A DNA stretch of 64,000 nt from Aquabacterium sp. (GTDB taxonomy: Bacteria > Pseudomonadota > Gammaproteobacteria > Burkholderiales > Burkholderiaceae_C), in assembly GCF_036273115.1 (NCBI RefSeq), contig NZ_DASUIN010000026.1, positions 21,653 to 85,652 of the forward strand. The letters run 5' to 3'. The notes under the pieces are model-generated. The model did not search any database. It saw nothing but the letters and a program-made list of their open reading frames with translations, and was not told where the DNA came from. The number at the start of each line of letters is the position of its first letter. Positions within the stretch are counted from its first letter, which is position 1. Of this stretch, positions 56,292 to 64,000 are shown one piece after another. The position numbers were made by a program, and so were the translations under genes.

Positions 56292-59200
56292 TTGAGCCCC
56301 TCCCTTCGTTTCTGGCGCATGTGCCTGGCGGCCACCTTGATGTGGGCTACGGCACATGCTGCTCCGCCGCCACACGACATCACCGTTGTGGCCGACGACA
56401 ACTACCCGCCTTTCATCTTCCGCGACGCCAAAGGCGAGCTGACCGGGCTGACCGTCGACCTGTGGCGATTGTGGGAAAAGAAGACGGGCCGCCGTGCTCA
56501 CATCCTGGCCACGGACTGGGCCAAGGCGCAGCAACTCTTTGATGCGGGGACGGGCGATGTCATCGACACCGTCTTTCGCACCCCTGAGCGAGACCGGATC
56601 TTTCGTTTTTCCAAGCCTTACCAGGACGTATCGGTGCAGATCTACACCGATCAGGACATTGGTGGGATCAGCAGTGTCAACACCCTGCAAGGGGTGCTGG
56701 TCGGGGTCAAAGCCGGCGATGCCTGCGGCGAAGTCTTGCGCGGCCAGGGCGTGCTGGTCGACGGACGTTATGACAGCTATCAGGACATGGTTGGGGCCGC
56801 GGCAGCGGGACACATGAGGGTGTTCTGCATGGACGAGCCCGCAGGCGATTACCTGATTTACCGTGCCGGGCTCGATGATCGGTTTCGCAAGTCGTTTGCC
56901 CTCTATACCGGGCAGATGCATCGCGCCTATCGGTCTAACGATCCTGTTCAGCTAGAGCAAGTCGAGGCGGGTTTTGACGCCATTTCCGACGCGGAAATGA
57001 CCGAGTTGCGTGACCGATGGATGGGGACCCGCATGAGCGGGTTGCCGTGGGGGCGCTATCTGATCTATTTCGGCGTGGGAGGCGGGGTGCTGGTGCTGGG
57101 CATGATGACCTGGGGCATGCTGTTGCGCCGCCTGGTCCACCAGCGCACCGCCGCTTTGCAAGACGAACGCCAGTTCCTGCGCATCCTTGTCAACACCTTG
57201 CCTGATCTTGTCTGGCTCAAGGACGAGCAAGGCGTCTATCGGCTGTGCAATGCCCGCTATGAGGACTACATCGGCTTGCCTGAGGCCGAAATTGTGGGCA
57301 AGCGAGACGAAGATTTTGTCGATGCCGAGCAAGCGCGCGCCTTTCGTCGGGTTGATCAGCGTGTGATGGAAACTGGGCAGAGCCTGGTCGATGAGCGGCA
57401 GGTGACCTATGCCCGCGATGGCCATGTGGCCCGAGTCGAGTCGGTCAAGACCCCGATGCGGGATGCGAAGGGCCGCATCATCGGCGTGCTGGGGTTGGCG
57501 CGAGACATCACCCAACACCGCGACAACGAAGAACGTCTGGCGCGGTTCAATCGCCTCTATCAGGTGCTGATGGAGGTCAATGAGGTCGCTGCTCGCAAGC
57601 TGGAACCCCATGCCCTGTATCAGGCCGTGTGCGATGTGGTGGTGCGACACGGCGGCGTCATGCTGGCCTTTGCTGCCGAACCCGATGCCGATTGCAAACG
57701 CCTCGTGCCAGTGTGCTGGGCGGGTGAACAGTCGGGCTATGTCGATGACCTGATTCTGCCGCTGGATGGCGACCCGTCGCAGTGGGGGCCAACGGCCAGA
57801 GCTTTCCATTCGGCCACCCCGCAATATTGCGACGATGTGAGCGTGGATCCATTGATGGCCCCATGGCATGACAAGGCGGTGGCCGCGGGGTTTCAGAGTC
57901 TGGCCTGCTTGCCCCTGAAAGTGGGCGGCGCGGTGCGTGCCGTGTGCAACCTGTACACGGACAAGCAGGCAGTATTCGATGAGCAGGTCCAGCAACTGGT
58001 TCTTCGTTTGGCCGACACCGTTTGCATGGCGCTGGAAGCGCGTGAGGCGGCCTTGGCCCAAGCCAGGGCCCAGACCCGACTGGCACAGAGCGAGGCGCGC
58101 TTTTCCCAGATGTTCCTGACCAGCCCCATTGGCATGATTCTGTGCCGTCTGGCCGATCAGACCGTGGTCGACGTCAACGAGTCGTGGCAACGTCTGATCG
58201 GCCTGGACCGCGATGCAATCGTTGGGCACGGGGTGGATGATCTCAAAATCTGGACCGGCGAAGCCGTGCACGAGCGCCTCGAGGCCATTCAACGCCTGCG
58301 CTGGGGGGAAGACATTGACCGTCTTGAGACGACCCTGGTGACGCGTCAGGGCGAGGTGCGTGACGTGGTCTGGTCTGCCACCCGAATCAACCTCGCTGAC
58401 GATGTGTTCCAGCTCGAATCGTTCGTTGACATCACCCTGCAGAAACGAGCCACGAAGAACCTGACGTATCACAACGAAAGGCTCGAGTCTGCTGTCAGCT
58501 TGCGAACGGCCGAGTTCAATAGCCTGTTCCAGGCCTTGCCCGATCAGTACTATCGTCTGGCCCTGGATGGCACGGTGATTGACCATCGTGCCGGCGTTGG
58601 CGCACCTGTGACGCGCTGCCTCATCCGCAACGGCATGAAGCTGCAGCTGGGGCTGCCGCCCGATGGCGCGGAGCGACTGACGCAGGCTCTGGCCCAGGTG
58701 CATGCGCAAGGCCAGATGGTCATTGACTATGCCTTGATCGGTGAGGGCGCGACGGCGCGCGAGCAGGTCTACGAGGCACGGTTGCTGCCTTTGGGGAAAG
58801 ACGAAGTGATGGCCGTGATTCGCGATGTGACCGAGCAGCGAGCCTTGGCCGCCGAGCGCGAAGCGGCGCGTGAAGAGGCCGAACGCCTGGCGCGAGTCAA
58901 GAGTGAGTTCCTGGCCAACATGAGCCACGAAATCCGCACGCCGCTCAACGGGGTGTTGGGCTTGGCCCAACTGGGGTACCTGGAAAGCGCGGGGCAGCCC
59001 ACCCAGAAAACGTTTGAAACCATTCTGGATTCGGGGCGCTTGCTGCTGGGTGTGCTCAATGACATCCTCGACATTTCCAAGCTGGAAGCAGGGCAGGTCG
59101 CCATCGAGTCCCGTCCGCTGGTGCTGAGCACCTTGCTTCACGAGGCCATCGACATGGTGCGCAGTCGCGCAGATGACAAGGGCTTGAGTCTTGTTCTGGA

Positions 59201-60029
59201 GTTGAGCCCTGATCTGCCCACATCGATCGAGGGGGATGCCCTCCGCATTGAGCAAGTGTTGTTGAATTTGATGTCGAACGCCATCAAGTTCACCGAGCGC
59301 GGCGAGGTGCGACTCCAGGCCCAGCCAGGGCCCGAATCGGTGATCTTGCAGGTGCGCGACACGGGCATTGGCATGAGTCCGCAAGAGCAGGCTTTGGCAT
59401 TCGTGCCGTTCAAGCAGGCCGATTCCTCGACCACTCGGCGCTATGGGGGCACCGGGCTGGGCTTGAGCATCAGCAAACGCCTGGTCGAGCTGATGGGCGG
59501 GCGCATCGAGGTGAGCAGTCAGGTCGGGGTGGGCAGCTGCTTCACCGTAAAGCTGCCGTTGAACGCGGCCGGTTCAGGTCTCGCCGTGGCGCGGCCACCG
59601 ACATCGTTGAAGCCGGTGATGCACCGCGAGAGTCACGAGAGCAGCCTGCAAGGCGTGCGTGTTCTGGCAGCCGAAGACAGCGAAGTCAACCAGATCGTGC
59701 TGGGCGAACTTCTGACCATGGAAGGCGCTGAGTTCACCATGGTGCATGATGGCAGCGAGGCCGTGGACCTGGTCGAAGCCAAGGGCGCGGGCTTCTTTGA
59801 CCTGGTGCTCATGGATGTGCAGATGCCGATCATGGATGGCTACGAGGCCGCACGGCGCATTCTGAGCATCGATGCGACATTGCCCATCATTGGCCTGACG
59901 GCGCACGCCTTCGGTGACGCACTGGCCGCTTGCGATGCTGCTGGTATGGTTGCGCATGTGAGTAAACCTTACGATCTGCGCAAACTGGTGTCGGCCATGG
60001 TCCAGCACCTGCGGCGCCGATCAGCCTGA
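56292..60029 (+). CDS. Hybrid sensor histidine kinase: periplasmic SBP_bac_3-like domain, TM, PAS, GAF, two PAS-like domains, HisKA, HATPase_c, receiver
   Basis: DNYPPFIFRD (SBP type 3). H-box FLANMSHEIRTPLNGV. DTGIGM/GGTGLGL. Receiver ...LVLMDVQMP.MDG...KP. The start is TTG at 56292 (AGGAAG upstream) or ATG at 56319. The 56103 extension crosses the OYE terminator. Confidence 0.9.
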   Translation: MSPSLRFWRMCLAATLMWATAHAAPPPHDITVVADDNYPPFIFRDAKGELTGLTVDLWRLWEKKTGRRAHILATDWAKAQQLFDAGTGDVIDTVFRTPERDRIFRFSKPYQDVSVQIYTDQDIGGISSVNTLQGVLVGVKAGDACGEVLRGQGVLVDGRYDSYQDMVGAAAAGHMRVFCMDEPAGDYLIYRAGLDDRFRKSFALYTGQMHRAYRSNDPVQLEQVEAGFDAISDAEMTELRDRWMGTRMSGLPWGRYLIYFGVGGGVLVLGMMTWGMLLRRLVHQRTAALQDERQFLRILVNTLPDLVWLKDEQGVYRLCNARYEDYIGLPEAEIVGKRDEDFVDAEQARAFRRVDQRVMETGQSLVDERQVTYARDGHVARVESVKTPMRDAKGRIIGVLGLARDITQHRDNEERLARFNRLYQVLMEVNEVAARKLEPHALYQAVCDVVVRHGGVMLAFAAEPDADCKRLVPVCWAGEQSGYVDDLILPLDGDPSQWGPTARAFHSATPQYCDDVSVDPLMAPWHDKAVAAGFQSLACLPLKVGGAVRAVCNLYTDKQAVFDEQVQQLVLRLADTVCMALEAREAALAQARAQTRLAQSEARFSQMFLTSPIGMILCRLADQTVVDVNESWQRLIGLDRDAIVGHGVDDLKIWTGEAVHERLEAIQRLRWGEDIDRLETTLVTRQGEVRDVVWSATRINLADDVFQLESFVDITLQKRATKNLTYHNERLESAVSLRTAEFNSLFQALPDQYYRLALDGTVIDHRAGVGAPVTRCLIRNGMKLQLGLPPDGAERLTQALAQVHAQGQMVIDYALIGEGATAREQVYEARLLPLGKDEVMAVIRDVTEQRALAAEREAAREEAERLARVKSEFLANMSHEIRTPLNGVLGLAQLGYLESAGQPTQKTFETILDSGRLLLGVLNDILDISKLEAGQVAIESRPLVLSTLLHEAIDMVRSRADDKGLSLVLELSPDLPTSIEGDALRIEQVLLNLMSNAIKFTERGEVRLQAQPGPESVILQVRDTGIGMSPQEQALAFVPFKQADSSTTRRYGGTGLGLSISKRLVELMGGRIEVSSQVGVGSCFTVKLPLNAAGSGLAVARPPTSLKPVMHRESHESSLQGVRVLAAEDSEVNQIVLGELLTMEGAEFTMVHDGSEAVDLVEAKGAGFFDLVLMDVQMPIMDGYEAARRILSIDATLPIIGLTAHAFGDALAACDAAGMVAHVSKPYDLRKLVSAMVQHLRRRSA

Positions 60030-60044
60030 TGAACGGTATCCGAG

Positions 60045-63000
60045 ATGGAAGTGAAGTGGACCAAGGGCCGCGTGGCGGCGCTCGCCACCGTGGGAACGGT
60101 GGTGACGGCGGTGGCCTGCGCCTATATCTGGGGCCCCGAGTGGCTACGCCAGACCGCTGTTGAGCAACTGGGCCAGGCGCTGGGGCGCCGGGTCACGCTT
60201 GAGCGAGTCGAGTTCAAGCCCCTGCAATTGCGTGTGGGTCTGGATGGTCTGACCATTTACGAGGCCGATGGTCGGCAGCCCTTTGTGCAGGTCGGGCAGG
60301 CCAGAGTGCAGTTGTCTCTGTCATCCCTGCGGCACCTGGCGCCCGTGGTGGAGTCGGTGTCGGTCACTGCGCCGCAGGTCCATCTGGCGCGGCTGGCGCC
60401 CCAACGCTGGAACTACAGCGACATTCTGGCGCGGATGGCCGCTCGGCCAGCTCAACCTTCTTCAGGCGAGCCGGCCCGGTTTTCGGTCAACAACATTGCG
60501 CTGTCGCAAGGCGTGCTGACCTGGGACGACCGGGTCAGCGGCAGCCGCCACGAGGTGCGCGATCTGGCCTTGGCCTTGCCCTTCATTTCCAATCTGCCTT
60601 ACGTGGCCGAGCAGTTCACCACACCGTCGCTGAGTGCGCGGGTCGACGGCGCCCCCTTCAAATTGACGGGCAAGACGCGACCGTTTGCCGCCAGTCGGGA
60701 TGCCATTCTGAATGTGGAAGTGGGGGGCCTGCCCCTGGCGTCCTTTCTGTCCTTGGCCCCGTTCAAGGTCTCGGCTCGCCTGGACAAAGCTGACCTGGAT
60801 GCGCGTCTGGCGGTGACCTTCCGGCAAGACGCCAAGGGATCGAGCCTGCACCTGCAGGGACAGGCGGCCTTGAAAGACCTGGCCTTGCACGACGAGGAAG
60901 AAGATCCGCTGGTGCAGTGGCGTGCGCTGTCGGTGCGACTGGGTGACAGCGAGCCTTTGCTGAATCGCTGGAGCATCGAGCAAATCACCTGGGATCAGCC
61001 TCGTGTCTGGCTCGAGCGCGAGCGCGATGGCCAATTGGCTTTGCTGGAGGCGCTCACCCCGAAGGCGGCCCAGCCCGCACAGGGGGCAGCATCCTCTGCT
61101 TCGCCCGCCCGATTACCCGCCAGTGCGGCTGCCAGTGCAGTGAAGGGGGCGGCCGCGCAAGACGCCGCCAGTTCGAAGTTGCGTTTGCAACTGGCGCAGT
61201 TCCAGATTCACGATGGAGAGGTTCACTGGGTGGACGCGGCCGTGCCTGCACGCCAGGCGCCCCGCGCGCAAGACATCACCGACATCGAGCTTGCCGTAGC
61301 GGGCATCAGCATGGCGCAGGGCCAGTTTGGTGACAAGCCTGTGCCTGTGACGCTAACGGCTCGGCATAACCAGAGCGGCCAACTGAGTCTGGCGGGCCAT
61401 GTGAGCCTGCCGCGCGACGCGAAACCCTTGTCTGCGGTCTTGGATGTGGGGCTGCATGGGATCGAGTTGACTGCCGCCCAGCCTTATGTGGCGGACCAGT
61501 TGAACGTGGCCTTGACGCGCGGGGAGTTGTTCACCGACGGTCGCCTGGAGGTGTCGCTGCCGGCTGGTGTCTTGCCTCGCATCCGTTTTGAAGGCGATGC
61601 CTCTGTGCGCGGTTTGCGTAGCGTGGACAAAACCGGTGGAGAAGATTTCTTGCGCTGGAAAACCTTGGGCTTCAAGGCCTTGGCGGTGCAATACGGGGGG
61701 CAGGAGCGCAGCCCCAAGGTGCATCCGCTGGATCTGGGCGTGGGGGAAATTTCGCTGGATGACTTCTTTGCTCGCGTCATCGTCAAGCCCACCGGGCGCT
61801 TGAACCTGCAAGACATTTTGCGCACGGCGGAAGCGCAGGCCGCAGCCGAAGCCCATCCCAACGCGCCCCCCAATCCATCTGCCAAAGCCGCCGCCTCGGG
61901 GCCATCGCCTCGCATCGCCATCGGGCGCATTGTCATGAAGCATGGCCGGGTCGACTTTGCCGACAACTTCATCAAGCCCAACTATGCGGCCAACTTGACA
62001 GATCTGGATGGAACCGTGTCGGCCCTGGCTTCTGATCGCAGTCAGCCCGCTGACCTGAACTTGCGTGGTCGCATCGACCATGACAGTCCCTTGTCCATCA
62101 GCGGCAAGGTCAACCCGCTGGCACCGAAGCTGTATCTGCAACTGGCTGCCCGGGCCACCGACATCGAGCTGACCCGCCTGACGCCCTACTCGGCCAAGTA
62201 CGCCGGCTACCCCATCACCAAGGGCAAGTTGTCGGTGGACTTGAAGTACCTGATCGACAACGGCAAGCTCGATGCCCAGAACCAGGTCTATGTGAACCAG
62301 CTGACCTTTGGTGGCAAGGTGGACAGCCCCGATGCCGTGAAGTTGCCCATTCTGTTTGCCATCGGCCTGCTGACCAACAGCAGGGGCGAGATGGATGTGA
62401 ACCTGCCCATTTCGGGCACCTTGTCCGATCCCGATTTCAGCATTGGCGGCATTGTCTGGCGCGTGGTGGTGAATCTGGTTGAAAAAGCCGTGACGGCACC
62501 GTTCAGCCTGCTGGCCTCGGCCTTTGGTGGTGATGCTGCCGAGCTGGGCTATGTCGCCTTTGCTCCAGGCAGCACGGAACTGGCCCCTGAAGCCAAGTCC
62601 AAGCTCGACACCTTGGTGAAGGTCTTGCTGGATCGTCCAGCCTTGAAACTCGAAATCTCGGGTCGAGTGGACCCGGCCACCGAGCAGGACGGCGCACGCC
62701 GTGCCTATGTGGCCAGTCGCATCAAGGCCCAGAAGGTGGCGGATCTGGTCAAGCAAGGGCAGGCGGCCAACAGTGAGCAGATCACCGTGTCGGCGGCCGA
62801 GTACCCAAAGTATCTGGAGCGAGCCTACCTGGCTGAGCCGTTTGACAAGCCCCGCAATGCTTTGGGCATGACGAAGTCACTGCCCGTGCCTGAGATGGAG
62901 CAGCTCATGCTGCGACACGCTTTGGTTGACGAAATGTGGTTCAAGTCGATTGCCGATGCGCGTGCGCTAGCGGTGAAGAAATACCTGGATGAGCAGGGCC

Positions 63001-63104
63001 ATGTGCCGGTGGACCGACTGTTCCTGGTGGCCTCCAGGCTCAGCCCCGAAGGCATTGCCGACAAGGGCGCGACTCAGCGGGTGGACTTCACCCTGGCTCA
63101 TTGA
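60045..63104 (+). CDS. DUF748-domain (AsmA-like) giant envelope protein with an OmpA-like C-terminal segment
   Basis: N-terminal anchor, then repeated DUF748-type ...L.L..G.V.W.D... units. C-terminal YVAFAPGSTELAPEAKSKLDTLVKVLLDRPALKLEISG (OmpA_C-like, by eye). Confidence 0.8.
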   Translation: MEVKWTKGRVAALATVGTVVTAVACAYIWGPEWLRQTAVEQLGQALGRRVTLERVEFKPLQLRVGLDGLTIYEADGRQPFVQVGQARVQLSLSSLRHLAPVVESVSVTAPQVHLARLAPQRWNYSDILARMAARPAQPSSGEPARFSVNNIALSQGVLTWDDRVSGSRHEVRDLALALPFISNLPYVAEQFTTPSLSARVDGAPFKLTGKTRPFAASRDAILNVEVGGLPLASFLSLAPFKVSARLDKADLDARLAVTFRQDAKGSSLHLQGQAALKDLALHDEEEDPLVQWRALSVRLGDSEPLLNRWSIEQITWDQPRVWLERERDGQLALLEALTPKAAQPAQGAASSASPARLPASAAASAVKGAAAQDAASSKLRLQLAQFQIHDGEVHWVDAAVPARQAPRAQDITDIELAVAGISMAQGQFGDKPVPVTLTARHNQSGQLSLAGHVSLPRDAKPLSAVLDVGLHGIELTAAQPYVADQLNVALTRGELFTDGRLEVSLPAGVLPRIRFEGDASVRGLRSVDKTGGEDFLRWKTLGFKALAVQYGGQERSPKVHPLDLGVGEISLDDFFARVIVKPTGRLNLQDILRTAEAQAAAEAHPNAPPNPSAKAAASGPSPRIAIGRIVMKHGRVDFADNFIKPNYAANLTDLDGTVSALASDRSQPADLNLRGRIDHDSPLSISGKVNPLAPKLYLQLAARATDIELTRLTPYSAKYAGYPITKGKLSVDLKYLIDNGKLDAQNQVYVNQLTFGGKVDSPDAVKLPILFAIGLLTNSRGEMDVNLPISGTLSDPDFSIGGIVWRVVVNLVEKAVTAPFSLLASAFGGDAAELGYVAFAPGSTELAPEAKSKLDTLVKVLLDRPALKLEISGRVDPATEQDGARRAYVASRIKAQKVADLVKQGQAANSEQITVSAAEYPKYLERAYLAEPFDKPRNALGMTKSLPVPEMEQLMLRHALVDEMWFKSIADARALAVKKYLDEQGHVPVDRLFLVASRLSPEGIADKGATQRVDFTLAH

Positions 63105-63123
63105 TCTTTTCAGGCCATTCCCG

Positions 63124-63735
63124 TCACCGGTGCCTCAGGCGTTCCAGGTCATCGGGGGTGTCGATGTCTTGCAAGACCGCGGTCGGATCGGCTTCGATCT
63201 GCAAGGCCTGGGACCAGTCCACCACGGCCTGGGCCCCTTTGTCGCCCGATAGGGTGGCCAGTTTCGGGAAGTCATGCGCAGGCAGCAGCCGAGGGTGGCC
63301 CATCTGTGGGGGCTGGCCCATGGCGCTGAAGACCACGGGCACCACGGGCCGTCGGGCACCGTCTGTCAGCATGGCTTGCGTCAGGCGTTCGATGAGGACG
63401 GTGTCCACTGCTGGCATGTCGGCCAAACCAATGATGACGCCCTTGAATCGGCTGGCCTTAGGGCTGGCCTGAATGGCGCGAATGCCGCATGCCAGCGAGG
63501 AGCCCAGGCCCTGCGTGGCCTCGGGGTTGACGACCTGCAGGGCACCGACTGCGGCGCACAGGGCCGTGCCCAAAACATCGTCCGGGGGGGTGACCACCCA
63601 CAGAGCCGGGCATGCGGCTCGGTACTGGCTCAATACGTGGGCCAACATGGGCTGGCCATTGGGCAGCAAGGCGGCACGCTTGTCCTGACCGAAGCGGCGC
63701 GCCTGACCGGCGGCCAGAATCAGGCCAGCGAGCAT
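63124..63735 (-). CDS. mocA: Molybdenum cofactor cytidylyltransferase (MocA-type NTP transferase)
   Basis: GLILAAGQARRFGQDKR glycine-rich NTP loop and C-terminal DIDTPDDLERL. The start could also be 63795. Confidence 0.8.
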   Translation of the reverse strand: MLAGLILAAGQARRFGQDKRAALLPNGQPMLAHVLSQYRAACPALWVVTPPDDVLGTALCAAVGALQVVNPEATQGLGSSLACGIRAIQASPKASRFKGVIIGLADMPAVDTVLIERLTQAMLTDGARRPVVPVVFSAMGQPPQMGHPRLLPAHDFPKLATLSGDKGAQAVVDWSQALQIEADPTAVLQDIDTPDDLERLRHR

Positions 63736-64000
63736 GGCGTGGTCGAGGCGCTGGGTTGCGAAGCCGGCATCCAGTCGGGGCGTGACTGGCGCCAATCGGG
63801 GGTGCCGATCAGGCTGCGGACCTGAATCAGCTCGGCGGCAATGGACACAGCAATCTCTGCGGGGGTGCGCGAGCCGATCGGCAGGCCCACCGGGCCTTTC
63901 AGTCGAGCCACTTGCTCGGGGGTGACGTCAAACTCCAGCAAACGAGCCTGGCGTTTGCGGGTGGTCAAGGTCGAGCCCAGTGCGCCCACATAGAAAGCGG
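63720..64000 (-). CDS. xdhC: XdhC/CoxI-family maturation factor, 3' portion (the 5' end lies outside the window)
   Basis: ...LKGPVGLPIGSRTPAEIAVSIAAELIQVR matches the conserved XdhC C-terminal motif. The frame stays open to the window edge. Confidence 0.6.
   Translation of the reverse strand, partial: AFYVGALGSTLTTRKRQARLLEFDVTPEQVARLKGPVGLPIGSRTPAEIAVSIAAELIQVRSLIGTPDWRQSRPDWMPASQPSASTTPCSLA

Noticed and set aside
56952-62756. 810-aa and 467-aa minus-strand ORFs opposite the hybrid kinase and DUF748 genes
   Set aside because: These are shadow ORFs. The plus-strand products carry H-box, HATPase, receiver and DUF748 features.

Overview
Gene-dense, visibly GC-rich (mid-60s % by eye) chromosomal segment that looks betaproteobacterial (Burkholderiales-like). 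That placement is inferred from protein families only. I call about 60 CDS. I recognised no rRNA, tRNA, CRISPR array, transposase, integrase or prophage gene. All family calls come from reading the supplied translations against remembered motifs, with no search run. Many starts were moved inward from the ORF-track maximum using RBS, signal-peptide and overlap logic.

Main modules, left to right:
- fadL and acyl-CoA synthetase, divergent.
- A NIT-HAMP-MA chemoreceptor with an extra C-terminal sCache-like domain.
- A heavy-metal RND efflux operon (His-rich protein, OMF, extra anchored His-rich protein, MFP, RND pump).
- A PAS-GGDEF cyclase.
- wrbA and three small exported or unknown genes.
- A cytochrome c and SDR pair.
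- A DUF47-Pit phosphate operon.
- alkB trailing an exported glycan-processing operon (Tat deacetylase, DUF4015, serine hydrolase::DUF1343/NamZ-like fusion).
- An APH-like/P-loop kinase fusion.
- A DUF59 protein plus a polytopic membrane protein.
- Lipase/foldase pair 1.
- A DUF1924, diheme cytochrome c and cytochrome b operon next to a QseBC/PmrAB-like two-component system.
- A second MCP.
- An SbtA-like permease with a LysR regulator.
- Lipase/foldase pair 2 with an AraC regulator and a 7TMR-DISM diguanylate cyclase.
- A lipoprotein, OM barrel and UbiA trio.
- A TetR-OYE module.
- A large SBP-PAS-GAF-PAS hybrid kinase followed by a DUF748 giant protein.
- mocA and xdhC.

Best candidates for something undescribed:
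1. The exported deacetylase / DUF4015 / beta-lactamase-fold::NamZ-like operon.
2. The periplasmic cytochrome trio preceded by a perfect YTTAAK-N5-YTTAAK response-regulator box.
3. The RND operon with an extra anchored His-rich protein that shares an AHGPxG[DE]H arm with the adaptor.
4. The two lipase/foldase modules, which are wired differently: an intrinsic terminator sits between the genes of pair 1, while pair 2 is directly coupled.

Nothing here looks like a known defence system or a mobile island.
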